A program made the translations under genes and the position numbers. The notes beneath the pieces were generated by a model. The model worked only from the letters and a program-made list of their open reading frames with translations. It was not told the origin of the DNA and ran no database searches. A stretch of DNA of 64,000 bases from Eledone cirrhosa. Its lineage: Eukaryota. Positions 1 to 13,678 of this stretch are shown here, piece after piece. The stretch lies in the NCBI GenBank assembly GCA_964016885.1, contig OZ024760.1, positions 9,362,001 to 9,426,000 of the forward strand, given 5' to 3'. The number at the start of each line of letters is the position of its first letter. The stretch's first letter is position 1.

Positions 1-1599
1 TTTGCTTGCCTGTGAGAAGTCATGCAGAGGTGCCTCTATATATTTTATGAACATAAAATACATAAAAAAAAAATCATAATTTGTAATCCAGTGGGTTAGT
101 GGTTGATTCCTGAGGTAAATATAGATACCAAGAATACAAACATCACTATAAAAGCCATAATTACATGATCAATTGTAGAGGGACTGCCTCAAATATTTTC
201 AACTTGTATTGCCTAAGTGACACTACAGCTCCAATGTACTACTATAAATAGATATATATATATACATATATAGAGCCACCTTAACTCTGGAATACAACCC
301 AACACGAGATGGACCTCATAACAGCATTGAGTGCTTCAAACAGCACACCGCCTGTAACTGTAGTTACACACTTAACTAACATATACTCATACAAACACAC
401 ACACACATATATATGCAAAAGGCAAACAAATAACAAAGCAAACGACACAGTACAATGAAGAAATATATTATTTTTACACTTGATATAGTAGGAAAAGTGT
501 CAACGTTTTGGACACTAGTCCTTTATCAGAAAATAGAATGCAAAATTAAAGAAAAAATAACAAGATAGAGGAGAGTCAGCAGTGGCACAGACGAAAAAAT
601 ATTTGTTTGAGATAAAACAGGTCTACAGAATGGTAAGAAGGGAGTAGCCAGAGGAGAATGGAAGAAAAGTGGTCGGGAGTCGTGGTATATTGGTGTAAAG
701 CAAAAAGCAATGAGAAAATTCAGTGATCTGAAAAGATATCCAAGTGGAAGTTCAGGTAGAGTCCGAGTAAAAATCCAGTTTCAGGGTGAAAATTGATGTG
801 TGTGTGTATATACATATATATCATCATCATCACACGTCCATTTTTCACACTAGCATGGGTTAGATGAATTAACTTGTTGTTAGCCAAGCCAGATGAGAGG
901 ACTGTGTCATGTTCCTACTGGACTGATTTTGACTTTGTTTCTACGGCTGGATGCCCTTCCTAACGCCAACCACATTTTACAGAGTGGACTGGGTGCTTTT
1001 TGTCATGACACCTACATGACCACTCTACAGTGTGGACTGAAGGTTGAGGTGGGGGTAGCTGCATGGGGATTGGAGAGGTAGATCTAGAGTGGGGCATTTA
1101 TCAGGTGAGGGGTGTAGGGAAGGGGGAGGTAAGGAAGTGCGTACTAGATGTATATTTCAACCTGTGCCCATGGGAAGGTGGCTCTTCTGTATTTCCCACT
1201 GAAATCGAGTGGGGTGTTCTATAAATTTCCCTCACACACACATATAAGTATAAAGTAAGTAGGATCTGCACACTACAGCCTCTTTAACTCTGGAATACAA
1301 CACGAGACGGATCTCGTCAAAGTACCGAGTGTACACCGCCTGTAACTATAGTTACACACCAACTGACATATATATATATATATACATATATATATGTGAT
1401 TTCCTTCGAATGAAACAGTTTTAGTCCTGTAGAAGTCATTTCTATATTAAATATTTATACTCTGCTATGTATTGAGTACCTTGCTTACTGTGGCTACCCC
1501 CGATTGAACCCGGGATAAACATCTCTCTCTCTCTCTCTCTCTCCCCCTCTCTCTCAGAGAGGATTCATTTGTTTTAAATGCAATAAGAGTAATCTCCCT

Positions 1600-1871
1600 T
1601 GAAGCTTCGCCGGTTTACAGTAATGGCGTAAATTTAATGTTGTTGAATAAAAAGATTGTTCAAACACAACAACATTCTATCGAGTCCTTTCAGTTTTAGT
1701 TATTATTTTTCCATATAAAAGCTTTTATTAAGACAAAAAAATCAAATAACGTCTGTAAAATTGAGTGTTTTGTTTTATTTATTTTTGACGAGCTGTCGTA
1801 AAGTAGAACGGCCGGTTGCTATAGATTACAAAATGCTAAGTGATCGATATGTGAGCAGAATCTCCTCTGGT
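1600..1871 (+). promoter_or_regulatory. Candidate promoter / non-coding first exon of CRCP
   Basis: Unique, relatively CpG-containing sequence ending in a GTAAGT donor at 1872; a matching acceptor lies at 5757 upstream of the CRCP ATG. The pairing is inferred and the start is approximate. Confidence 0.4.
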
Positions 1872-2081
1872 GTAAGTTACCCCCTTTATTCTCCATTATG
1901 CAACTGTCTCTCCCATATTCTCTAGATTATTCTATTTAGCTCTTCAAATATTTCTGGACTGTTTCTCTTATTTAGAGATACTTTAATTGTAAAATGACGG
2001 AACTGAGAGACATGTTCTCTCGGCACACGAACTTAACCTAAGAATCAACACACAGACGTGTATATATATATATATATATAT

Positions 2082-2161
<80 letters not shown>

Positions 2162-2225
2162 GTATATATACATACACACACATATATATATATACACACA
2201 TATATATATATATACACACACACAC

Positions 2226-2309
<84 letters not shown>

Positions 2310-2359
2310 GAAAGGTATAGAAATTGTTTTAGCGAGAAGCTAACAGTATATATACACAC

Positions 2360-2477
<118 letters not shown>

Positions 2478-2821
2478 TAAAATAACAGATTAAAGTTTAA
2501 GCAAAGAATCGCTGCTTATCCTTATCGAGCCCTCTTTGGATTTTAGTCTTCAAATTTATTATTATTACTATATATACTATATTATATTTTGAGAATAAAC
2601 TCTCAGTCGTTTACAATAAATCAGCTCCAAGAAAGGGGCATTTCCAAGCAGTTAAATACATTAATATATATGATAAACACAAAACGTGTTTGCATTGTAA
2701 CAGACAAAGTTAGCTATTAATGAAATAAACTAATTAAAGTGAATACAATTTGTCTGTCTCGATATAAGTCTATATATATAAACAGACACACACACACACA
2801 TACTTGTAAATATATATATAT

Positions 2822-3240
2822 CATCATCATCGTTTAACGTCCGTGTTCCACGCTTGCATGGGTTTGGACGGGAGTTTTCCCACTTGAGGCAAGAGTGGTT
2901 GTCTTGCTCGCATAGGACTGTCTGGCGGATTTTCTACGGCTGGATGCCCTTCTTAACACCAACCACATTTACAGTGTGGAACTGGGAGGTTTTTACCGTG
3001 TTGCCTACACGGCCACATTACAGCGTGGACTGTCTGGCGGGTTTTCTACGGCTGGATGCCCTTCCTAACACCAACCACATTTACAGTGTGGGTCTGGGAG
3101 GTTTTTACCGTGTTGCCTACACGGCCACATTACAGCGGGGACTGTGTGTTTTTTTTTTGTCGTGACACCTACACGATCTCATTTGTTTCGGCCTGGATGG
3201 TGTGGCACCAACATAACTTTGCATTGAAAGGGGCGGTGAG
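2822..3240 (-). mobile_element. SINE-like dispersed repeat with (GAT)n tail (inverted copy at ~23035-23343)
   Basis: Two homologous copies in opposite orientation; GGAAGGGCATCCAGCCGTAGAAA block shared with other SINE fragments. Confidence 0.7.
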
Positions 3241-3354
3241 TATGTAAATATATATATAAGTGGTTACACAACAGTTAGTTGTAACCACCTCTACCTAACT
3301 CGTCCCCTGGACTGAGTGCTCTACCACTACGGATATTACCTTCCAGTGTTCCAC

Positions 3355-3410
<56 letters not shown>

Positions 3411-3559
3411 TGTGCGTGAGTCAGCATGGTCAAACTGGTAAGACGTTGACGCTAGCCTTGTGAGTGAAATTTGGTAGACAGAAACTGTTTAGAAGCCCGT
3501 TGGTTGGACTGTACCTCTAATTCAAAGAGCCAGAATCTTTTCTTCACCCACTTATTTCT

Positions 3560-4445
3560 GAGAGGGTCGTGGGGGGAAGAGTCCTTAAACACTCTCTCCA
3601 GTAGCTCCTGTCAGAAGCAACCATCTCCAACTGATCCAGCTGGATCTCCAAGCGTGACTACCCAAGCTCATGGATTTTATCCAACCATCTTGCTCGGGGT
3701 CTACCCCTGTCTCTCCTACCTGTTGGTTTCGCCCAGAAAATCTGTCCAGTCCAGTATTTCTTTCCTGAGACATTCTAACCACATGTCCATAGTATTGGAG
3801 CTATGATCTTTCAATTTGGAGAAGTAGCAGCTCTACCTGGAGTGACTCTCCAGTGATTCGTTCCTGAGATAGTCTAACTACATGTCCATAGTATCTGAGC
3901 TGTGATCTTTCAATTTGGAGAAGTAGTGGCTCTACTTGGAGTGACTCTCCAGTGATTCTTTCCTGAGATATTCTAACTACATGTCCATAGTATCTGAGCT
4001 GTGATCTTTCAATTTGGAGAAGTAGCAGCTCTACTTGGAGTGACTCTCCAGCGATTCTTTCCTGAGACATTCTAACCACATGCCCATAGTATCTGAGCTG
4101 TGATCTTTCAATTTGGAGAAGCAGTGGCTCTACTTGGAGTGACTCTCCAGTGATTCTTTCCTGAGATATTCTAACTACATGTCCATAGTATCTGAGCTGT
4201 GATCTTTCAATTTGGAGAAGTAGCAGCTCTACTTGGAGTGACTCTCCAGCGATTCTTTCCTGAGACATTCTAACCACATGCCCATAGTATCGTAGCTATG
4301 ATCTTTCAATTTGGAGAAGTAATGGCTCTACTTGGAGTGACTCTCCAGTGATTCTTTCCTGAGACATTCTAACCACATGTCCATAGTATCGGAGCTGTGA
4401 TCTTTCAATTTGGAGAAGCAGTGGCTCTCTACCTGGAGTGACTCG
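3560..4445 (-). repeat. 99-bp tandem repeat amplified from the 3' end of an RTE-type LINE
   Basis: 33-aa period LLLQIERSQLRYYGHVVRM, typical of the RTE ORF C-terminus (LRWxGHVxRM). Confidence 0.75.
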
Positions 4446-5221
4446 AAACTCAAATCATAATATTGCCCAACATCCTTGTCTATGTGTCATCATCATCGAT
4501 TAATGTCTGTGTGTCATCATCACCATGCATGGGTTAGATGGGTCAGCTGACCACCTCTTCATATGTTCTGTTTTTGATTAGAAGTTATTCCTAATACTAA
4601 CCACAAGTGTTGACTGGCAGCATTTCTTATGGTTCCATTATTACCTTGGCAGTATAGGTAGAGGGTCGGACGCCATGCTGTGTAGCACAGTTACGTCCCT
4701 TTACGGACTGAGTTCAAATCCCGCCGAGGTTAACTTTGCCTTTCATCCTTACGGGGTAATTGCTGAGATAATTGCTGGCCTTGTGCCAAAAGTAGAAACA
4801 ATTATTACCACGATTTTACAGGGTGAACTGGGTGCTTTTTTTGTTGTGGGACCAGTATGACCATCTTATATATATATATGTGTGTGTATATATATATATA
4901 TATATATAGACAAAGCAAGTTTGTTTATGAAACAGCAAGCAAAGTTTGAAATAAAGTAGAAATATAAGCTTACTCCATATTTGAACTAACCAAGTTAATC
5001 TGATAGTGGGGATTTAAAAAAAAACCCCTCTGAATTGGTTAGTCAAAATATCGCGTAAGCTTATATTTCTACTTTATCTATCTATCTATCTATCTATATA
5101 TCATCATCATCGTTTAAATCCATCTTCCACGTTAGCATGTGTAGGATGGGCTGTCCTTTTTGTGAGAGATGAGGTTGGAGGACCGTGATTTGCTGGATGC
5201 CCTTGTGTTTTTTGTTGTGTC

Positions 5222-5445
5222 ATCTACACGACCATTTTACAGTGTGGACTGGATGCTTTTTGTCTTGACACCTACACGACCACTTTACAGTGTGGACTGG
5301 ATGCTTTTTGTCTTGACACCTACACGACCACTTTACAGTGTGGACTGGATGCTTTTTGTCTTGACACCTACACGACCACTTTACAGTGTGGACTGGGCGC
5401 TCACTTTTGTCATAACACCTACATGACCACTATAGTGTGGGCTGG
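5222..5445. repeat. 48-bp minisatellite inside a SINE-like element
   Basis: CACCTACACGACCACTTTACAGTGTGGACTGG... repeated about 4.5 times. Confidence 0.85.
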
Positions 5446-5861
5446 GCTCCTTTTGTCCTGGCTCCAAGGGGTATCACTTTATGGAGGAGGTTGGAAACTT
5501 GGGAGGGGTGGAGAAGATGCTTGGGGAAATTGGGGACTATATATATATATATATATAGTTAAAAAGGGCTTCCAGCTTTAAAAACCATGCCAAATATGGA
5601 ATGTATGAGCAAGATGAGGTTGCTGAGAGCCATCTGGTGATGGTCCATGATAATCCAGTCAGTCCATGCCAGTGTGAAAGGCAGATGGAGAAATGATAAT
5701 AATAAACAGTTATCTAAAAATAATTTTTGTTAATATAATTTTTTTTTCTTTTTACAGATACTCTTCATATTCGTTTTAATTATCTGGGGATTCGTTATCA
5801 AAGCCGGACTTTATTTAGTGAAATAGTAAAGGTTCCTTAAGAAAGCCGAGAGGAATTAATC

Positions 5862-6566
5862 ATGGAACTTGTGAACGAAAGCTCAGCACTTCTCAGTAAC
5901 TATGAAGTCTATACACTACTGCTCGATATCCAAGCTGGTAGGAATGGCCAAAGTAAACCAACTAAAAACCAAACTAATTTAGCAACAGTAACTTATGAGA
6001 CAGTGAAATATTTAGAAGGTACCAACTGTAAACATCTGAATGCTCCAGCTGTGAAGGAATTTATTCGACATCTGGCGCCATTCAATTTAACAAAAGCAGA
6101 GAAGCTGCAGCTTTTGAATCAACGTCCAACGACAGCCGTGGAGATCCAGTTATTGATTGAAGAGAGTGAAGAACGGCTGACAGAAACCCAAGTCTACCAA
6201 CTTCTGGATGTTGTGTCAAAGTATCTCCCGGACGGCTCTTTAGATTTGTCGGAGGAAAGTGACGATAAAATCGTCGTGTATGGAGATGAAGAGGAGGAAG
6301 AGCAACAACAAGAGAAGAGTGAAGAAGAAGAAGAAGAAGAAGAAGAGGAGGAGGATGACGAACAACAACAACAACAACAGCAGCAACAGCAGGAGGGGGA
6401 GGAGGAGAAAAATGAAGAGTTAAGAGAAGGGAGTGTTGAAATGGAACAGGAAGAGAACAGTGGATATACCGAGGGGCAAGAAGAGGTTGAGGAAGAGGAG
6501 GGGGAAGGAGGAGGAGATGGTTCTCTTGTTATGGATGTAACATCACCTGTAAATGAAGATTCTTAG
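5862..6566 (+). CDS. CRCP: DNA-directed RNA polymerase III subunit RPC9 / CGRP receptor component protein, single coding exon, with acidic E/Q-rich C-terminal tail
   Basis: 234-aa ORF; N-terminal ~125 aa (LLSNYEVY..., NLATVTYETVKYL, LTKAEKLQLLNQRPTTAVEIQLLIEESEERLTE) matches the RPC9/Rpb4-family pattern; polypyrimidine-AG acceptor ending at 5757 precedes the ATG. Confidence 0.93.
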   Translation: MELVNESSALLSNYEVYTLLLDIQAGRNGQSKPTKNQTNLATVTYETVKYLEGTNCKHLNAPAVKEFIRHLAPFNLTKAEKLQLLNQRPTTAVEIQLLIEESEERLTETQVYQLLDVVSKYLPDGSLDLSEESDDKIVVYGDEEEEEQQQEKSEEEEEEEEEEEDDEQQQQQQQQQQEGEEEKNEELREGSVEMEQEENSGYTEGQEEVEEEEGEGGGDGSLVMDVTSPVNEDS

Positions 6567-7399
6567 CAGCTGGTCAAAAACTGACCTTATCACCTCCATC
6601 ACATTTCTGACCAATCTCATATATTTATGTCAAATACACAATGTTCATTTATTTTTTACCCTTTTTCCTTGTTTTTATTGATGATGATGATGATGGAGGT
6701 GGTGGTGATGCTGGCCGTGGTGATGGCCATGGTGTTGATGGTGATGATGATGGAGGTGGTGATGGTAGTGATGGCCATGGTGATGATGGTGGTGGTGATG
6801 GCAGTGATGGCCATGGTGATGGTGAAAATTTAGTCCTATTTCAGAGTTACTAATTGAAAGATGTGCTAGGTTGTGTGCTATAGAGCAGTAGGAACAACTG
6901 AGAGAGATATTGAACACTAAGGTCCCTCTCTGTGGTTAGTAGGAAGGGACTGGGCCCTTGTCCTTCAATGTTCTGGTTTCAAGGAAGGGACAGGGTCCTC
7001 GGTCAGGTCTCAAAGAAGAGACTGGGCCCTTAGTCTTGTCTCGAGGAAGGGAGTGGGCCCTTGGTCTGGTCTCAAGGAAGGGGCAGGGCCCTTGGTTTGG
7101 TCTCAAGGAAGAGACTGGGTCCTTGGTTTGGTCTCAAGGAAGGGACAGGGCTCTTGGTCTGACCTCTAGGAAGGGAATGGGCCCTTGGCCTTTAAGGGCC
7201 CTTGGCCTTTAAGGGTCCTTCGTGACCACTGAGATCAAGGAGGTTAATGTTTCCCTTGAATAGTTACAAGTTGATGGCTCTAGGAAAAACATAGATATGG
7301 AGGGAATTGGTGAGAGTCAATGTTCTGGGAAAGAAGGGCTGGGAAAAGGGGTTAGAGTGGGGCATACAATACGGAGGAGGTGAAGAGACACATGTAGTG

Positions 7400-8776
7400 G
7401 TAGTGGTGTGAGACCAACTAGTTGTGAGAGAGGTTAGTGTAGTAGTGGAGGTGGTGTGAGGCCAACTGGTTGTGTGAGAGGTTAGTGTAGTAGTGGAGGT
7501 GGTGTGAGGCCAACCAGTTGTGTGAGAGGTTAGTGTAGTAGTGGAGGTGGTGTGAGGCCAACTGGTTGTGAGAGAGGTTAGTGTAGTAGTGGAGGTGGTG
7601 TGAGGCCAACCAGTTGTGAGAGAGGTTAGTGTAGTAGTGGAGGTGGTGTGAGGCCAACCAGTTGTGTGAGAGGTTAGTGTAGTAGTGGAGGTGGTGTGAG
7701 GCCAACCAGTTGTGTGAGAGGTTAGTGTAGTAGTGGAGGTGGTGTGAGGCCAACCAGTTGTGAGAGAGGTTAGTGTAGTAGTGGAGGTGGTGTGAGGCCA
7801 ACCAGTTGTGAGAGAGGTTAGTGTAGTAGTGGAGGTGGTGTGAGGCCAACCAGTTGTGTGAGAGGTTAGTGTAGTAGTGGAGGTGGTGTGAGGCCAACCA
7901 GTTGTGTGAGAGGTTAGTGTAGTAGTGGAGGTGGTGTGAGGCCAACCAGTTGTGTGAGAGGTTAGTGTAGTAGTGGAGGTGGTGTGAGGCCAACCAGTTG
8001 TGTGAGAGGTTAGTGTAGTAGTGGAGGTGGTGTGAGGCCAACCAGTTGTGAGAGAGGTTAGTGTAGTAGTGGAGGTGGTGTGAGGCCAACCAGTTGTGTG
8101 AGAGGTTAGTGTAGTAGTGGAGGTGGTGTGAGGCCAACCAGTTGTGAGAGAGGTTAGTGTAGTAGTGGAGGTGGTGTGAGGCCAACCAGTTGTGAGAGAG
8201 GTTAGTGTAGTAGTGGAGGTGGTGTGAGGCCAACCAGTTGTGAGAGAGGTTAGTGTAGTAGTGGAGGTGGTGTGAGGCCAACCAGTTGTGTGAGAGGTTA
8301 GTGTAGTAGTGGAGGTGGTGTGAGGCCAACCAGTTGTGTGAGAGGTTAGTGTAGTAGTGGAGGTGGTGTGAGGCCAACCAGTTGTGTGAGAGGTTAGTGT
8401 AGTAGTGGAGGTGGTGTGAGGCCAACCAGTTGTGAGAGAGGTTAGTGTAGTAGTGGAGGTGGTGTGAGGCCAACCAGTTGTGAGAGAGGTTAGTGTAGTA
8501 GTGGAGGTGGTGTGAGGCCAACCAGTTGTGTGAGAGGTTAGTGTAGTAGTGGAGGTGGTGTGAGGCCAACCAGTTGTGTGAGAGGTTAGTGTAGTAGTGG
8601 AGGTGGTGTGAGGCCAACCAGTTGTGAGAGAGGTTAGTGGAGGTGGTGTGAGAGGTTAGTGTAGTAGTGGAGGTAGTGTGAGGCCAACCAGTTGAGAGAG
8701 AGAGGTTAGTGTAGTAGTGGAGGTGGTGTGAGAGGTTAGTGTAGTAGTGGAGGTGGTGTGAGGCCAACCAGTTGTG
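7400..8776. repeat. 48-bp minisatellite, ~28 copies
   Basis: GTTGTGWGAGAGGTTAGTGTAGTAGTGGAGGTGGTGTGAGGCCAACCA; explains the 449-aa pseudo-ORF. Confidence 0.95.
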
Positions 8777-9439
8777 AGGAACAGAAGTTAGTGTAGAAAG
8801 GTGAAAGTGAAAAGATGGCTCATGTGAAGGCCAGAGGTTGAAATATGTTGGTGAATGACTTTATGTCAATCTGTTGGATACAATCAGGAATGTCTGAGTG
8901 TAGGAACTGCACTGTCCTAGTTGAGGGACTCAGTATTTTGGGTGTTGGTCTCTCCTGAATTATCTAGGGAGCTAGTAGTTCTTAGGAAATGTACTATCCT
9001 AAATGTATAGTTAGTAGTTCTTAGGAACTGTACTGTCCTAAGTGTGGATCCCTCTAGAAGCTTCTAGGGAGTTGTTAGGAACTGTACTGTATTAAATGTG
9101 GAGTCAGTATTATAGTGTGGGTCCCTCCAGAACTTTCTAGGGAGTTTGTAGTTGTTAGAGCCCGAGGTATTTTCTGGTCCTTAATACAAGTGTTTCTGAT
9201 GCAGTATTTGCTATATTGAGGATGTGAGTTTGACAGGTAACAATAAATTGAAGTGAAACCCAACAGGTGCGTGTGTTTTTATTGGCAGCATGACCCTCTC
9301 AAAGTATAACAATATCTGTTTCAATACAGATTTTTTCAGATAAATAAAATCTTGAAAGACATCCTCATCATTATTCAACGTCCATCTTCCACGCTGACAT
9401 AGGTAGGATGATATATATATATATATATCATCATTCATC

Positions 9440-9771
9440 ATCATTTCATTTTACGTCCGCTTTTCCCTGCTCGCAAGGGTGGGACGGGAACTGATTCTGG
9501 CTTGATTTCTACAGCTGGATGCCCTTCCTAACACCAACCTCATTTACAGTGAGTGCTGGGTGCTTTTTAACCGTGGCACCTCCACGACCACTTTGCAGTG
9601 GAATGATATGGACCCCAGTCCCTATCATCTCATTTCTACAGCTGAGTAAACTGGAGCAATGTGAAATAAAGTGTCTTGCTCAGGGAAACAACACATCACC
9701 CGGTCTGAGAATTGAACTCACAACCTTTCGATTGCAAGGCGAATGCTCTAACCACTAAGCCATGTGCCTCC
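9440..9771 (-). mobile_element. tRNA-derived CORE-like SINE with (GAT)n tail (near-identical copies 25430-25772 and 60100-60443)
   Basis: Minus strand TGGCTTAGTGGTTAGAGC A-box, GAGTTCAATTC B-box, GAGCAAGACACTTTATTTCAC core; three copies in the window. Confidence 0.85.
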
Positions 9772-9779
9772 TACTATAC

Positions 9780-9856
<77 letters not shown>

Positions 9857-10242
9857 TTTTATTTCATATAAAAAATATTTTTGTGGAAAATTCTGCATTC
9901 CTTGCTTTGTTCTATGATTACTGTAAAGAGTTTGGTTGGTAGGTAGAATGGTTGAAGATAAATATCTTGTTATGACGAATTCCACTGAGGTCAACTTTAC
10001 CTTGCATCCTTCTGAGGGTGGGAGTGTCAATAAAATAAAGTATCAGTCATGTACTGGGGTTTATATAATCAACTGTTCCTTCCCCCCCAGATTTCTGGCC
10101 TTATGCTAATGTGAGAATAATAATTAGATTATCGAAAAATCTGATTATTTAAAAAAAACCCAAAAACGTTGGTGGCTCCAGATTTTATAGAATAGGTTTT
10201 ATGTTCCCAGATGAAAAGTACTTAATTGTGGTGGTTTTGGAC

Positions 10243-10550
10243 CTTAATTCTTTAGCATTTACATTACTCTATTTATACTACTGTATTTTCACGGTAAAAG
10301 CTTTACCTCACAAAATTATCTCATATAATTGTTTCTATTTTTAGCACAAGGCCAGCAATTATCCCAGTGCATTACTGGTACTTTATTTTATCAGTAATGC
10401 ACATAATATCGAATCTATGAGATTTTGATATTATTTATTTTGAGAACAATACCTTAACATCAGTATGAGTGGCCAGTTACAGCTGGTTTGAACAGAAAGA
10501 GGTGAGAGAATTCTGGCCAGATAAGGCCGGTTTAAATGCTAAAGGGTTAA
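10243..10550. mobile_element. piggyBac-like MITE (second copy ~62243-62668)
   Basis: TTAA-flanked inverted termini (C)CCTTTAGCATTTA...TAAATGCTAAAGGG; both copies contain SINE sequence. Confidence 0.6.
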
Positions 10551-10679
10551 ATCAGAAAGAACTGAATGTCAGTGGCATCCTTAACCCTTTGAACACCAAA
10601 ATGCCTGATTTTATAATACTTGGGTGTGGCCCAACTCCCTTAGAGTGTAAGAAGTTTAAGGCCAAAACACTTGCTTGAG

Positions 10680-10711
<32 letters not shown>

Positions 10712-11276
10712 TTCTCTTAAGACCTTCTGCTGTCCAGCTCTCCTAAGAGTTTCTTACCACCAAAGTTGTTTGATAATTTTGTTAATTTATATTTCAAACA
10801 CCAACTTAATGAAAAAATTAATTATATTACTTAGTATTATTTTCAAATTTCATTGAAAATCACAGGCATTATAAAATATTGTAAACAAATGACAATTCAG
10901 TATAAAGCCAGGGTAGAAGTGGCATTTTTATGAAATATTAATGAAAATTATTGTGTACAGTGCTCAGGTGCACTACAACTCATCAAAGGTGTATGTTTAG
11001 TACATAGAATAATGTACAAATGTCAGGAAAGTGAACGAGTCATGATATACACACCAACACATGTATGCGTGTGTTTGGAGGGGGAATATCTGGTGTAGTG
11101 TTGGCAAATTTCAGGAAGCATGCAAGTTTTGAAGGATGCATTGTCCCAACAGCTAACAACTGATGCAGGTAGTTTGTTCCATGCTTCAGCAGCTCTGAGC
11201 ATGAAAAAATGTCTAAGGGAGAAAACTCAAACATAACAATTCTTTCTTGGGGTTATTTTATTGTATTTAATTAATT

Positions 11277-11403
11277 TTATTCTTGTTTCACTTCCAGTCG
11301 ACTGATGACTGAAATCCGTCGAGATCGGGGGATGTGTTCTCCTTTGAAAATTGAGATCTTATCTGGCAGTAGCTCATGTGTAAAGTCAAAACGAGCTTTA
11401 TCC
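11277..11403 (-). CDS. ALKBH7: ALKBH7 exon 4 (terminal)
   Basis: gacag acceptor, (R)DKARFDFTHELLPD...IPRSRRISVISRLEVKQE-TAA; distal His and RISVxxR motif; spliced total 753 nt = 250 aa. Confidence 0.92.
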
Positions 11404-11589
11404 CTGTCACAAATAAAGATGGAAAATGTCAGGTTTTAGGAGAGGAGTAAAAATTAAATTAATTTCTTAAATGAAAACTTAGATAAAATATGTCGTTAGT
11501 TTTACAATGACAACTACTCTGAGGTAGATGTCTCATTCTTCATTTCTCTATTGACTGATTTCTTAAATATCAGATTAAGAATGGAGTGG

Positions 11590-13100
11590 AAATGTGAAGG
11601 TTGTGATGTTACATGGTAGTGAAACATGGGTAGTGACTGTAAAGGATATGTGAAGATTGTGATGTTACATGGTAGTGACTGTAGAGGTTATGTGAAGGTT
11701 GTGATGAGACATGGGTAGTGACTGTAGAGGAAATGTGAAGGTTGTGATGTTACATGGTAGTGAAGTATGGGTACTGACTAGAGGATATGTGAAGGTTGTG
11801 ATGTGACATGGGTAGTGACTGTAGAGGATATGTGTAGGTTGTGATGTTACATGGTAGTGAGACATGGGTAGTGACTAGAGGAAATGTGAAGGTTGTGCTA
11901 TGACATGGTAGTGAAGTATGGGTACTGACTAGAGGATATGTGAAGGTTGTGATGTTACATGGTAGTGAGACATGGGTAGTGACTAGAGGATATGTGAAGG
12001 TTGTGATGTTACATGGTAGTGAGATATGGGTAGTGACTAGAGGAAATGTGAAGGTTGTGCTATGACATGGTAGTGAAGTATGGGTACTGACTAGAGGATA
12101 TGTGAAGGTTGTGATGTTACATGGTAGTGAGACATGGGTAGTGACTAGAGGATATGTGAAGGTTGTGATGTTACATGCTAGTGAGACATGGGTAGTGACT
12201 GTAGAGGAAATGTAAAGGTTGCGATGTTACATGGGTAGTGACTAGAGGATATGTGAAGGTTGTGCTATGACATGCTAGTGAGACATGGGTAGTGACTGTA
12301 GAGGAAATGTGAAGGTTGTGATGTTACATGGTAGTGAGACATGGGTAGTGACTGTAGAGGAAATGTGAAGGTTGTGATGTTACATGCTAGTGAGACATGG
12401 GTAGTGACTGTAGAGGAAATGTGAAGGTTGTGATGTTACATGGTAGTGAGACATGGGTAGTGACTGTAGAGGAAATGTGAAGGTTGTGATGTTACATGGT
12501 AGTGAGACATGGGTAGTGACTGTAGAGGAAATGTGAAGGTTGTGATGTTACATGCTAGTGAGACATGGGTAGTGACTGTAGAGGAAATGTGAAGGTTGTG
12601 ATGTTACATGCTAGTGAGACATGGGTAGTGACTGTAGAGGAAATGTGAAGGTTGCGATGTTACATGGGTAGTGACTAGAGGATATGTGAAGGTTGTGCTA
12701 TGACATGCTAGTGAGACATGGGTAGTGACTGTAGAGGAAATGTGAAGGTTGTGATGTTACATGGTAGTGAGACATGGGTAGTGACTGTAGAGGAAATGTG
12801 AAGGTTGTGATGTTACATGGTAGTGAGACATGGGTAGTGTCTGTCGAGGAAATGTGAAGGTTGTGCTATGACATGCTAGTGAGGTATGGGTAGTGACTAG
12901 AGGATATGTGAAGGTTGTGATGTTACATGGGTAGTGACTTTAGAGGAAATGTGAAGGTTGTGATGTTACATGGTAGTGAGACATGGGTAGTGACTGTAAG
13001 GGATATGTGAAGGTTGTGATGTTACATGGGTAGTGACTAGAGGATATGTGAAGGTTGTGATGTGACATGGTAGTGAGACGTGGGTAGCGACTAAAGGATA
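11590..13100. repeat. ~56-bp minisatellite abutting an RTE-LINE 3' fragment (13100-13465)
   Basis: GAGGAAATGTGAAGGTTGTGATGTTACATGGTAGTGAGACATGGGTAGTGACTGTA repeats; following sequence reads ERRLLWYGHVM and ends in (GAT)n. Confidence 0.85.
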
Positions 13101-13678
13101 TGCATAGGTTGGAGAGAAATGAAGCAAGCATAATCTGATGTGGAATGTTAATGTGTGAGAACAGCAGAGCTTGGATGAATTGAGAGAGAAACTGACAAGA
13201 AGAGGAATCAGATGTAGTGAGCCAGAGAGAAGACTGCTCTGGTATGGACATGTGATGTGTATGGATGATGATTGTTGGGTGAAGAAGTGCCAAGAAATCT
13301 CAGTAGAGGAAGACCTGGGTAGAAGTTGTGAGATCTAATCTAAAATCATTGATGCCCACAGAGGGGATGATGAAGGACTATGATGAGTGGAGAGATGGGC
13401 TGGAACAAACTTGTCCAACCCATGCAAGGATGGACAAGCTGGCTCAAAACAATGATGATGATGAAATCTAAATTCAACATTTGACTTTTGACTTAATCAC
13501 TGTTCTTGGTACTTAGAATGTCTGGAGTGAGAACTAGAGAAATGTATGAACTGGACTTATAGTACAGCTTTGGTGTGAAAATATAGACTGTTCCCCCTTT
13601 CACTGAATAGACTGTTCTTAATTGGACTTCAATGAAATTCAAATAAAATATTGTAAAGTGACATGACAGGGTACCAAC

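Noticed and set aside
340-380. CCGCCTGTAAC...GTTACA resembling twister ribozyme P2/P3 (also near 1335)
   Set aside because: The P4 loop AAGC and the pseudoknot partners are missing; treated as an ordinary dispersed repeat
497-533. Hammerhead-like CUGAUAA-A-GGAC(UAGU)GUCC-AAAACGUU on -
   Set aside because: Both catalytic G residues are mutated and stem I does not pair; at most a dead relic
2575-2612. CUGA-GAG...CUC-AAAA hammerhead-like relic on -
   Set aside because: Core incomplete and GAAA absent
6627-6917. Met/Val-, Gly/Asp- and His-rich ORFs
   Set aside because: A GAT/GGT triplet repeat in the probable CRCP 3' UTR
7418-8767. 449-aa His-rich repeat ORF
   Set aside because: A 48-bp minisatellite with no ATG start or splice context
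11299-11325. CTGATGA-CT-GAAA...GTC on +
   Set aside because: No stem II or stem I can form; it is the antisense of ALKBH7 exon 4 codons
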